A stretch of DNA of 64,000 nt, from the NCBI GenBank assembly GCA_963713045.1, contig CAVQKE010000003.1:1248001-1312000 (forward strand), read 5' to 3'. This stretch comes from an uncultured delta proteobacterium. GTDB taxonomy: Bacteria > Myxococcota > Myxococcia > Myxococcales > Myxococcaceae. How positions within the stretch are numbered: the stretch's first letter is position 1; every line of letters starts with the position of its first letter. Positions 48,652 through 57,317 of the stretch are shown here, piece by piece. The translations under genes and the position numbers were made by a program. The notes under the pieces are model-generated. The model saw only the letters and a list, made by a program, of their open reading frames with translations, ran no database searches and was not told where the DNA came from.

Positions 48652-50490
48652 GTGCTCGCCCCGCCCCTTCTCCTCGCCCTGGCCCTCCTCGCTCAGGTGA
48701 ACGCCGGGCCGCCCTTGTCGGTGGATGTCACCGCCAATCGACACCCCATCAGCCCAGACATTTACGGAATGAATAGCTACAGCGTCTCGGCGGCGGATGA
48801 GGCCTTCCACGCGGAGGTTCGCGTGCCGGTGACGCGGATGGGCGGAGACGCAGCCAGTCGCTACAACTGGAAAGTGGACGGAAGCAACGCCGGCCTCGAC
48901 TGGTACTTCATGGCTGGCCCCGGTATCGCCAACCCAGTCGCCAATGCCTCCGCCGATGCGGTCATCGGGCTGGCAGCCGCCTCCTTTGGACGCACGCTGC
49001 TCACCATCCCGTTGATTCCGTACATCAACAGCATTGCCACCAACTACGACTGCAGCTACCCCAACCCGCCGTTCTCGGACCAGCAGTCCTTCAACCCCTA
49101 CGTCCATCCCAATGGAAACAGCTGCGGGAACGGCATCCAAACCGACGGAGGGACTCCCATCCTCCTCACGCAGGCACAAATCGACCGCGTCAACCTGCCC
49201 AACTCGACAGCCTGGGCGACAGAATGGGTGCAGTACTTGGTGGGCCGCTATGGCAACGCTGCCGATGGCGGCGTCCTCTTCTACAACTTGGACAATGAGC
49301 CGAGCGGCTGGAGCAATACCCATCGAGACATTGTCCCAGTCAACCCACCCTACGCCGGGGACGGCGGCCTGACTGAGTTGGGCATCCAGTACGCCGCCGC
49401 CATCAAGGCAGTCGACCCGACGGCCCGAACGCTTGGCCCAGTCGACTTCGGCTACCCGGTGTACAGCGACGCCGCGGGCTATCTCGACGCCATGGCCGCG
49501 GCCGAAACCAAAGGCGGCCAGCGGCTGCTCGACTACCTCGACGAGCACTATTACCCGTCATCCAACCTGGGCAACATGGCCAACACCACCGACCCGGGAA
49601 CGGCGGCGATGCAAGCGCAGCGGCTCGAATCGACGCGCTCGCTGTGGGACCCGACGTACTCGGACCCGAGTTGGATTGGGCAGTACTACCCGCCCATCCA
49701 GCTCATCCGCTACTTCAAGCAGCTCATCGCCACCCATTACCCGGGAACGAAGCTGGCCATCAGCGAGTACAACTGGGGTGGGACGCAGAGCATCAATGGG
49801 GCGCTGGCCGAAGCCGACGTGCTTGGAATTTTTGGCCGCGAGGGACTTGATTTGGCCACCATGTGGGGACCGCCGGCGAGCACCGATGCCGTCGCCTATG
49901 CCTTCCGCATTTACAGAAACTACGACGGCCAGGGCAGCAGCTACGGCGACACGTGGGTCAGCTCCACCAGCGGCGGCGCCACCAATTCCGGGCAGGAGTC
50001 GCTGGCGATTTATGGCGCTCAGCGCACCTCGGACGGTGCGTTGACGCTGGTGGTGTTGAACAAGACGGCCGGAGACCTCACCAGCACGGTGACGCTGACC
50101 GGCTTCGCCTCCAACGGCACAGCCCAAGTCTTTAGCTACAGTCCGGCCAACCTCGCGGCGGTGGTCCGCGGGGCGGACGCCCCGGTGAGCGGCTCGACTC
50201 TCAGCACCACCTTTTCGGCCAACAGCATCACACTGTTGGTGCTGGCATCGGCCACCGGGGTGGTGGCTCCCGACGCCGGGTCGTCAGACGGCGGCGCTGC
50301 GGACGGCGGAGGGCCAGGCGGCTCCCCCGGTGGTGGCAGTCCAACATCCCCTGCCCTGAGCAGCGGCGTGCAGGGAGGCTGCAGCAGCGCGCCGGGCACG
50401 GCCGGCGCCGGCTTCGTCGCATTTCTGCTGCTGGCCTTCAGTCGTCCTCGCGGCCGAGATGCACGGTCAGGTTCTCACCCTCGCGAGTGA
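48652..50490 (+). CDS. Glycoside hydrolase family 44 with MYXO-CTERM-like anchor
   Basis: PISPDIYGMN, RMGG...RYNW, DNEP, LLDYLDEHYYP, TRSLWDP, ISEYNWGG; tail GGCSS-hydrophobic-RPR. Confidence 0.85.
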   Translation: MLAPPLLLALALLAQVNAGPPLSVDVTANRHPISPDIYGMNSYSVSAADEAFHAEVRVPVTRMGGDAASRYNWKVDGSNAGLDWYFMAGPGIANPVANASADAVIGLAAASFGRTLLTIPLIPYINSIATNYDCSYPNPPFSDQQSFNPYVHPNGNSCGNGIQTDGGTPILLTQAQIDRVNLPNSTAWATEWVQYLVGRYGNAADGGVLFYNLDNEPSGWSNTHRDIVPVNPPYAGDGGLTELGIQYAAAIKAVDPTARTLGPVDFGYPVYSDAAGYLDAMAAAETKGGQRLLDYLDEHYYPSSNLGNMANTTDPGTAAMQAQRLESTRSLWDPTYSDPSWIGQYYPPIQLIRYFKQLIATHYPGTKLAISEYNWGGTQSINGALAEADVLGIFGREGLDLATMWGPPASTDAVAYAFRIYRNYDGQGSSYGDTWVSSTSGGATNSGQESLAIYGAQRTSDGALTLVVLNKTAGDLTSTVTLTGFASNGTAQVFSYSPANLAAVVRGADAPVSGSTLSTTFSANSITLLVLASATGVVAPDAGSSDGGAADGGGPGGSPGGGSPTSPALSSGVQGGCSSAPGTAGAGFVAFLLLAFSRPRGRDARSGSHPRE

Positions 50491-50986
50491 GGTGGACCGT
50501 CCACGGCCGGCAGCACACCGGGCAGTCCTCGACGTAGCATTCCTCCGCGAGGCCGATGGCTTCGGCGTGGACGTCGACGCGCTCCCCGCAGTAGGGGCAC
50601 CTCGCCCGGTGGCCCACGACGAGCGCCTTCCCAGCTGGCTCGCGCGCCGGAAGGCGCGGCGCGGCGGGGACTTCCTCGCCGCGGGCGGAAGCCTCCTCCC
50701 AGAGGCCGAGCTGGACCTCGAGTTCCGACACCTCCACCCCCAACAGCGTGCTGGGAAGGGCACCGAGGTGGCCGCGGGCCCGCGCAAAGAGGGTCGTTGC
50801 GCCTTCGGACTTCCCGCGGCTCCACTGGAGGAAGGCGGCGGCCAGCTGGGCCAGCGCCTGGAAAAGCTCGCGCTCCATGCCCCGGCCACTCCGCCAGCCT
50901 TCCTCCCACGCGTCGTGCGCGGCGTGAAAATCTCCACGCCGCAGGGACGAAAGGCCGTCCTGGACGGCGGCATGGCGGGCGTCCAT
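50438..50986 (-). CDS. DUF309-like domain fused to a CPXCG Cys-rich zinc domain
   Basis: F..AHDAWEE.W..QALAQLAAA; C-terminal CPYCGE..YVEDCPVCCRP. Confidence 0.72.
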   Translation of the reverse strand: MDARHAAVQDGLSSLRRGDFHAAHDAWEEGWRSGRGMERELFQALAQLAAAFLQWSRGKSEGATTLFARARGHLGALPSTLLGVEVSELEVQLGLWEEASARGEEVPAAPRLPAREPAGKALVVGHRARCPYCGERVDVHAEAIGLAEECYVEDCPVCCRPWTVHLTREGENLTVHLGREDD

Positions 50987-51315
50987 GGTCTCGCTCCTTC
51001 CTAGGGATTGCGGCGCGTGCCGTGAAACCCCGTGACACGCCGTAGCATGGACGCTCGGGCCTGCCGCTCCGGTCAGTCGTCGCCGTGAATTTCTGCGGTT
51101 CTTCACCACCGGAGCTGTCCGGTCAAATGCAGAAGGCGGCGGAGTCCCCGAAGGACGACGACGAGCCCCCCAAAGAGACAGAGTCTGCATTAGAAATTTC
51201 CCCCCCTGCGACGGCGCTAACTCTTGACGACTTCGCATGGCTCTCCCCCTCGAATGTTCGACAACGGCGGACTGGTTGCCAAGACTAGCGTTCGAATTTG
51301 CCTTCCGAGACTGCA

Positions 51316-52287
51316 ATGAAAATTCTGGTGACTGGCCTTGGCGCAATGGGAACGTCACATGGCTGGGCGCTCGCTCAGGCAGGCGAAGACGTCCGGCATG
51401 TGGTTCGCAACCCCAGGGCAGCCCAGGCCTCCACGCCAACGCGCATTGACCTCCTGGAGTTGCGCGTCAAAAGGCGCAGGGAGCGAGGGCCCCGCGACGT
51501 GGTGTATGTGCCCAAGGTAACGACGCGCGTGGTGCCAGAGGATGGATTCGAGCTCGTCATCATCGCCACCAAACACACCGACGCTGCGGAGGCCGTTCGG
51601 GCCTACCGGGACGCGGCGCCGGGAGCGACGTTCCTCATGTTCACCGCCAACTGGTCGGGCCCCGAGGAGATTGATGCCCTTCTCCCCCGGGCCCAGTACC
51701 TCTGGGGCTATTCCGCCTCCGACGCTGGGTGGTCGGCGGACCACCGGTTGATGCTCAATCTGCGCCCCAGCATTCGCCTCGGACTCCTTCCGGGCGGCAA
51801 CCCCGGGCATTTGGACACCGTCCGCACGCTGTTTGCCAAGGCGGGGCTCTTGGCCGACCTCAAGGCCAACATCCTCGAATGGCTCTGGGTCCACCATGCT
51901 GTCAACGCCGGCACAATTGCCGGCGCGCTGTGCGCCGGCGGCATTGAAGAGGTGACTGCGAGCCCGTCGGCCATGGTGGAGACGGCTCGCGCGGTCAAGG
52001 AGGCGCTCAGCGTGGTGGCCGCGCGGGGCGTCGACCTCGGGCAGCACCCCGAAGCGCGGGCCTTTACAAAAACGCCCCTCTGGCTGGTTCCCTTGTATGC
52101 GCTTCTGTGGCGCTACCGGTTCCACTACACACTCGTCGGAAAGCGCACCGCCGCCTCGGGCCACTTCGCCTCCAACCCGGAGGAGATGAAGCAATTCTGC
52201 TTTGACGTGCTGCGCACCGCTGACGCTCTGGCGGTGCCGGTTCCGCACCTGGCCGCCCTTGGGGCGCGCATGGCGGAGCTTCCCTAG
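51316..52287 (+). CDS. Ketopantoate reductase (ApbA/PanE)-like oxidoreductase
   Basis: MKILVTGLGAMG Rossmann motif, ELVIIATK, WLWVH, C-terminal VPVP helix. Confidence 0.7.
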   Translation: MKILVTGLGAMGTSHGWALAQAGEDVRHVVRNPRAAQASTPTRIDLLELRVKRRRERGPRDVVYVPKVTTRVVPEDGFELVIIATKHTDAAEAVRAYRDAAPGATFLMFTANWSGPEEIDALLPRAQYLWGYSASDAGWSADHRLMLNLRPSIRLGLLPGGNPGHLDTVRTLFAKAGLLADLKANILEWLWVHHAVNAGTIAGALCAGGIEEVTASPSAMVETARAVKEALSVVAARGVDLGQHPEARAFTKTPLWLVPLYALLWRYRFHYTLVGKRTAASGHFASNPEEMKQFCFDVLRTADALAVPVPHLAALGARMAELP

Positions 52288-52364
52288 CGGCCCGAACGCC
52301 TGCTCCGGCCAGGGAGCCAAATGGGGGGCACCGACAGCGTGTGGCTTACCGGGTAAACCCTGCG

Positions 52365-53756
52365 CTAGCGCACCGGCTCGGAGGAAAGGACGAGGTCCCC
52401 GCGGCCCAGGTACTCGCCCTCGCTGAAGGCCCCGTAGAATTCCTCGAGCATGGCGTCGAAGTCCGGGTAACGGGCTTCGCGGCGGTCGTGCGTCATCTTG
52501 TCGAAGATGAGGTCGAGCTTGCTCGGAGCGTCCGTCCGCACCTCCGAGGGAAGCGGCGAGCGGCGCCCGGGAATGGCGCCGGTCAGCATTTCATAGAGGA
52601 GAATTCCGACGCCGTAGACGTCGGCCGCGCCGCCCGCGTCCTTGGCCTTCACAATCAGTTCAGGGGCCAAATAGCTGAGCGAACCGGTGCCGACGTACAC
52701 CTGAGGCATGCCCTTGCCGGCTTCAATTTCGATGACGCGGCTCAATCCGAAGTCGCCGATTTTGGCGTTGCCATAGGCGTCAAAGAGGACGTTTTCCGGC
52801 TTGATGTTTTGATGGGTGAGGCCCTGGGCATGCGCTGCCCGCAGCGCATAGGCCAGCTGCAGGAAGGTGCGCACGGCGACCGGGACACTGAGGCCTTTGC
52901 CGCCGGTCTGGTCGAGCCGTTCGCGCAGATTCCCACGGAGCAGCTCCATCACGACGTAGGGGCGGCTGACGTCGGTATTTTGGTCGAGGATGGTCACCAC
53001 GCCTGGGTGGCGCACTTGAGCTTGCGCGCAAAGCTCGGCCTTGAGGCGCTTCACGACATCTGAGCGCTGAAGGAAGGAGAAGTAGCCAAAAATGTCCTTC
53101 AACTCTTTGATGGACACTTCGGTGCCGAGGCTGTTTTGGCGTCCCTTGTAAACGGTCCCCAGCGGCCCGGAGCCGATGGCGTCGAATTTGGTGTAGCGCA
53201 GGTCGCCCTCGGTGGTTTTGGTGCCGCCGAGAGGGCGTCCGTCCACCGCGGCACCGACGCCGTCGACGGCGGTGGTGGTGCGCCGGACTGGCGCGCGCGG
53301 CAGCGGTGTATTCGAGGGTGGCGATGCGGGGGGCTGGGTCACTGCGGTCTCCACGGTAACGTGTTCCAAGGCAGGGACGGACGTCTCCACCTCGACGGGG
53401 TAGGAGCTGACGAGCGGCTCGTCCGCGGGAGCGAGCTGCTCGGAAAAAAATTCCCCCACCTCGCCGCTGAAGCGGTCGAGCTCGTTGCCTTCCACCACCC
53501 GCTCGCCGGTGTCCGTGAGCCGAAGCTGGGCTTCGCGGTCCATGGCGATGTAGTGGAACTTGCGCAGGAAAAAGAAGTAGGCGTCGAACTCGAGTGACAC
53601 CGCCGGTTCGAGTGCCGTCTTCACATCGGCCAGCTTGTTCGAGCGACCGAGGCGCCCATTCTCCCGAAGGTTCTTCAGGATGAACAGCGCCTCGCCGCTC
53701 ACCGTGTCGCGGGTGATGGCCGCCCTCTGGATGTTCATGGCGTTCGTTTCCCCCAA
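52365..53756 (-). CDS. Hanks-type Ser/Thr kinase-fold protein, probable pseudokinase, with N-terminal winged-helix-like domain
   Basis: GSGPLG, VSIK, HQNIKPEN, DFG, YLAPE, DVYGVG; no TM. Confidence 0.85.
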   Translation of the reverse strand: MGETNAMNIQRAAITRDTVSGEALFILKNLRENGRLGRSNKLADVKTALEPAVSLEFDAYFFFLRKFHYIAMDREAQLRLTDTGERVVEGNELDRFSGEVGEFFSEQLAPADEPLVSSYPVEVETSVPALEHVTVETAVTQPPASPPSNTPLPRAPVRRTTTAVDGVGAAVDGRPLGGTKTTEGDLRYTKFDAIGSGPLGTVYKGRQNSLGTEVSIKELKDIFGYFSFLQRSDVVKRLKAELCAQAQVRHPGVVTILDQNTDVSRPYVVMELLRGNLRERLDQTGGKGLSVPVAVRTFLQLAYALRAAHAQGLTHQNIKPENVLFDAYGNAKIGDFGLSRVIEIEAGKGMPQVYVGTGSLSYLAPELIVKAKDAGGAADVYGVGILLYEMLTGAIPGRRSPLPSEVRTDAPSKLDLIFDKMTHDRREARYPDFDAMLEEFYGAFSEGEYLGRGDLVLSSEPVR

Positions 53757-53758
53757 TG

Positions 53759-54493
53759 CTAACTGATTCGCAGTAACTGCTTCACCGTTTCCAAGACCTG
53801 GACAAACTTCACTGGCTTCCCGAGGTAGACATCGACTCCGAGGTCGGTGGCGCGCACCTGCGCTTCCCTCCCACCTCCGCTAATCGCTACCACGGGAACG
53901 GCGCGTAAGCGCGGGTCGGCTTTCATTCGCTGCACCAGCTGAAATCCATCCAGTACAGGCATGTAGAGGTCAGTGACAACCAGGTCAAACGGCCGAGCCT
54001 CCAACTGAGTGAGTGCCCCGTGCCCGTCCTGCGCGAAATGGACTTCCATCGGCACGCGGCCTCCGAGTTCCTCGGCCGCAAGCTTCTTGAGGACGTAACT
54101 GTACATCTCGACGACGTGGGGATTGTCCTCGACCAACAGCACCCGGTAGCCGGAAACGGGCGCGGCTCGCCGGACAGTGCCGTCGCCGAGCATCGCCTCC
54201 AGCCGCTTGCGCGCTTCGCGGTCCGCCACCCGGATGCCGAGGCCGCCCACCGCCTCGGGGCGCGGAAGGCGGACCCAGACCACCTCTCCGCTGAGCGCCA
54301 CCGGCTGCAGCAACCCGGGAAAGGAGACGGCGAGCGAGACGCGCTCGCCTGGGCGCAGCGCCTCGCTGGTTTGGATGAAGAGTCCGCCTCGCGAAAGGTT
54401 CTCGGTCGCATTCAGCGCAGCTGCTCGGTCCTGGAAGTGCACCCGCAGGACGAAGGGGACTCGTGCGTCGCCACGCTTGTCTTCCTCGTCCAT
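53759..54493 (-). CDS. PilZ domain-receiver domain protein
   Basis: RGDAR (RxxxR) and NLSRGG (D/NxSxxG); receiver VEDN, TDLYMP, KP. Confidence 0.88.
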   Translation of the reverse strand: MDEEDKRGDARVPFVLRVHFQDRAAALNATENLSRGGLFIQTSEALRPGERVSLAVSFPGLLQPVALSGEVVWVRLPRPEAVGGLGIRVADREARKRLEAMLGDGTVRRAAPVSGYRVLLVEDNPHVVEMYSYVLKKLAAEELGGRVPMEVHFAQDGHGALTQLEARPFDLVVTDLYMPVLDGFQLVQRMKADPRLRAVPVVAISGGGREAQVRATDLGVDVYLGKPVKFVQVLETVKQLLRIS

Positions 54494-54509
54494 GGGTAAA
54501 TTCCATCCG

Positions 54510-54539
54510 TTGACAGGGACCCTCGAAAGCCCCTACGAA
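54510..54539 (+). promoter_or_regulatory. Putative sigma70-type promoter of nuoE
   Basis: Perfect TTGACA at 54510-54515; weak -10 TACGAA 18 bp downstream. Confidence 0.35.
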
Positions 54540-54548
54540 GCCGGCCCG

Positions 54549-55037
54549 ATGGGGTCGCCCTTCTTCTCGGCCGAGGAGCAGCGCGTCTTCGACGCGAAGC
54601 TGTCGGAGATTCTCGCGCACTACCCGGCGGACCGCAAAAGCGCGGCGATGCTGCCCGCCCTCCGCCTGCTTCAGGAATTGAAGGGTTGGCTGTCCCCGGA
54701 CGGCATGGCGCTGGTGGCCAAGGCCCTGGACGTCCCACCGACACGGGCCTACGAAGTCGCCACCTTCTACGTCATGTTTCACACAAAGAAGCCAGGCAAG
54801 CATGTGGTGGACGTCTGTACCAACCTCTCCTGCTCGCTGTGGGGGGCGGAGGACCTCCTCCTCTACCTGGAGGCAAAGCTGGGCCTGAAGGCGGGGACTT
54901 CCAATGAGCGTTGGAAGCTCCGTGAAACGGAGTGCCTGGCCTCCTGCGGGACTGCCCCCTGCCTGCAACTGGACGAGGTCCACCACGAGAGGCTGACCCG
55001 CGGGCGCGTCGACGCCATTTTCGACAAGCTGTCCTAG
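54549..55037 (+). CDS. nuoE: NADH-quinone oxidoreductase subunit E
   Basis: EVATFY, CTNLSC and CLASC 2Fe-2S ligands. Confidence 0.93.
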   Translation: MGSPFFSAEEQRVFDAKLSEILAHYPADRKSAAMLPALRLLQELKGWLSPDGMALVAKALDVPPTRAYEVATFYVMFHTKKPGKHVVDVCTNLSCSLWGAEDLLLYLEAKLGLKAGTSNERWKLRETECLASCGTAPCLQLDEVHHERLTRGRVDAIFDKLS

Positions 55038-55050
55038 ACAAGCTGTCCTA
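55023..55050 (+). repeat. Perfect 14-bp tandem duplication GACAAGCTGTCCTA x2
   Basis: Copies at 55023-55036 and 55037-55050, spanning the nuoE stop. Confidence 0.9.
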
Positions 55051-55081
55051 AAAGACGCCTACCGCAGGGGAAGGAACGCCG

Positions 55082-56416
55082 ATGCTGCCGGCCGCCGAGA
55101 AAGTCATCACCCGGAACTGGGACAAGCCCGACTCCTGGACGCTCGACGTGTACCGCAGCGGTGGGGGCTACCAAGCGCTGGAGAAGGCACTCGGGATGAC
55201 TCCCCAAGCCGTCACCGAGGAGGTGAAGAAGAGCAACCTCCGCGGCCGGGGGGGAGCCGGATTTCCCACCGGGTTGAAGTGGAGCTTCGTCCCCAAGGAC
55301 AGCCCCAAGCCGAAGTACCTGACGGTGAATGCCGACGAGTCCGAGCCCGGGACTTTCAAAGACCGCTACATCCTCGAGCGCGACCCCCACATGCTGCTGG
55401 AGGGAATCGGCATCGCCGCCTTCGCTCTCGGGGCGCACACCGCGTACGTGTATGCGCGCGGAGAATTCAAATTTCAGGCAGAGCGTCTGCTGCGCGCCAT
55501 TGAAGAGGCGTCCCGGGCCGGTATTTTCGGTCCCTCCGTCATGGGCAAGCCGTTCGCCCTCGACGTTTATGTGGTTCGCGGGGCCGGGGCCTACATCTGC
55601 GGCGAGGAGACCGGGATGCTCGAGTCGCTCGAGGGGAAGAAGGGTTGGCCCCGGCTCAAGCCTCCGTTTCCTGCGGTGGTCGGGCTGTTTGGCTGCCCGA
55701 CGGTGGTGAACAACGTGGAAACCATCGCCTCGGTGCCGGCCATCATCCAGCACGGCGGTGAGTGGTACGCCAAGCTTGGAACCGAGAAGTCCGGAGGAAC
55801 CAAACTCATCTGTCTTTCGGGCAGCGTGAAGCGGCCTGGCGTCTTTGAAATCTCGATGCGCACCACCGTCCGACAGCTGATTGAGGACGAGCGCTACGGC
55901 CAGGGCATGCCCGCCGGCCGCAAGGTGAAGGCCGTCATTCCTGGAGGCTCGAGCGCCCCGGTCCTGTCGGCCACTGAATTGGACGTGGAGCTCGAATTTG
56001 AGGCGCTGAAGAAGGTGGACAACATGGCCGGCTCGGGAGGCGTCATCGTGATGGACGACGCCACCTGCATGGTGCGCTGCCTGTGGCGGGTGATTCGCTT
56101 CTATGCCGAGGAATCCTGTGGGCAGTGCACTCCCTGCCGAGAGGGGGCCCCGTGGGCGACTCGGCTATTGCGCAAGCTCGAGGAGGGCCGCGGGGAGCCG
56201 GAAGACCTGGACATCCTGCTGCACGTGGCGCACAGCATCGCCCCCTTCCCCCCGATTGGGCTGGGGAACACCATCTGCGCCCTGGGAGATTCCGTGGCGT
56301 TGCCCATCCACAGCTTCGTGGCCCGCTTCCGGGACGAATTTGAGGCCCACATCTCACAGCACCGCTGTCCCTTCGGCGACCACCCGTGGGGGCACTACGG
56401 GGTTTTCGCCGCGTGA
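55082..56416 (+). CDS. nuoF: NADH-quinone oxidoreductase subunit F
   Basis: GRGGAGF, NADESEPG, GAGAYICGEET, ESCGQCTPCREG, TICALG. Confidence 0.96.
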   Translation: MLPAAEKVITRNWDKPDSWTLDVYRSGGGYQALEKALGMTPQAVTEEVKKSNLRGRGGAGFPTGLKWSFVPKDSPKPKYLTVNADESEPGTFKDRYILERDPHMLLEGIGIAAFALGAHTAYVYARGEFKFQAERLLRAIEEASRAGIFGPSVMGKPFALDVYVVRGAGAYICGEETGMLESLEGKKGWPRLKPPFPAVVGLFGCPTVVNNVETIASVPAIIQHGGEWYAKLGTEKSGGTKLICLSGSVKRPGVFEISMRTTVRQLIEDERYGQGMPAGRKVKAVIPGGSSAPVLSATELDVELEFEALKKVDNMAGSGGVIVMDDATCMVRCLWRVIRFYAEESCGQCTPCREGAPWATRLLRKLEEGRGEPEDLDILLHVAHSIAPFPPIGLGNTICALGDSVALPIHSFVARFRDEFEAHISQHRCPFGDHPWGHYGVFAA

Positions 56417-56931
56417 ACCTCAACGTCCAACAAGTCGTCTTTTTCCTGCTCGCTTTCGCCACGGCGTTTTCTGCCGTCCTGGTCATTGTCGCCCGTAACC
56501 CCATCAATTCGGCGATGGCGCTGGTGGCAACCTTCCTCTTCCTGGCCGCCATCTACGCGCAGCTTTTGGCGCACACCATCGCCGTGCTTCAGGTGCTGGT
56601 CTACGCGGGCGCCATCATGGTGCTCTTCCTCTTCGTCATCATGCTGCTCTCGCTGACCCACGTCGGGGAACCGACGCCGCGGCCAGCCTTCCACCAGGTG
56701 GTGGGGGGCCTCACTGCGGCGGCGGTGCTGGTCGGCCTGTACGTCGCCCTCCTCCGCTGGAATGTGGCGGCCGGTGGTTTGCGAGGACGCGAGCCCCTGG
56801 CCCGCTTCGGCACGCTGGAACAGGTGGGCGGGCTGCTTTACACCCGCTGGCTGCTCCCCTTCGAAGCCGTCTCACTGCTGCTTTTGGTGGCGATGGTGGG
56901 CGCCGTGGTGGTGGCCAAACCCCGCATCTAA
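56413..56931 (+). CDS. nuoJ: NADH-quinone oxidoreductase subunit J
   Basis: NPINSA, QVLVYAGAIMVLFLFVIMLL, PFE..SLLLLVA; GTGA overlap. Confidence 0.93.
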   Translation: MNLNVQQVVFFLLAFATAFSAVLVIVARNPINSAMALVATFLFLAAIYAQLLAHTIAVLQVLVYAGAIMVLFLFVIMLLSLTHVGEPTPRPAFHQVVGGLTAAAVLVGLYVALLRWNVAAGGLRGREPLARFGTLEQVGGLLYTRWLLPFEAVSLLLLVAMVGAVVVAKPRI

Positions 56932-56987
56932 AAGAAGGACGGGACTCCTCTTTGCCGAGGGGTCTCGACGGCGCGTCGAGGGAGCCC

Positions 56988-57302
56988 ATGGAACCCAGCC
57001 CGGTCAACTCTCAGCTCTATCTGCTGCTGGCGGCAGCGCTCTTCTGTCTGGGCATGTTCGGCGTGCTGGTTCGCCGCAATGCCCTGGTGGTGTTCATGAG
57101 CATCGAGTTGATGTTGAACGCCGCCAACCTCACCTTTCTGGCCGGCGCCCGGGAGCGGCTGGACAGCACCGGGCACTTGGCCGCCCTGTTCGTCATCGCC
57201 GTCGCCGCGGCCGAGGCCGCGATTGGCTTGGCCATCGTCATTGCGGTGTACCGCAACCGCGGCACCGTCAACGTAGAAGACATCCGTACGATGAAGTACT
57301 AG
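56988..57302 (+). CDS. nuoK: NADH-quinone oxidoreductase subunit K
   Basis: RRN, MSIELMLNAANL, AAAEAAIGLA. Confidence 0.95.
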   Translation: MEPSPVNSQLYLLLAAALFCLGMFGVLVRRNALVVFMSIELMLNAANLTFLAGARERLDSTGHLAALFVIAVAAAEAAIGLAIVIAVYRNRGTVNVEDIRTMKY

Positions 57303-57317
57303 GCCCCTGCACCGACC

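Noticed and set aside
51138..51162. GTCC-CCGAA-GGAC resembling hammerhead ribozyme stem II
   Set aside because: The conserved CUGANGA and GAAA core is absent
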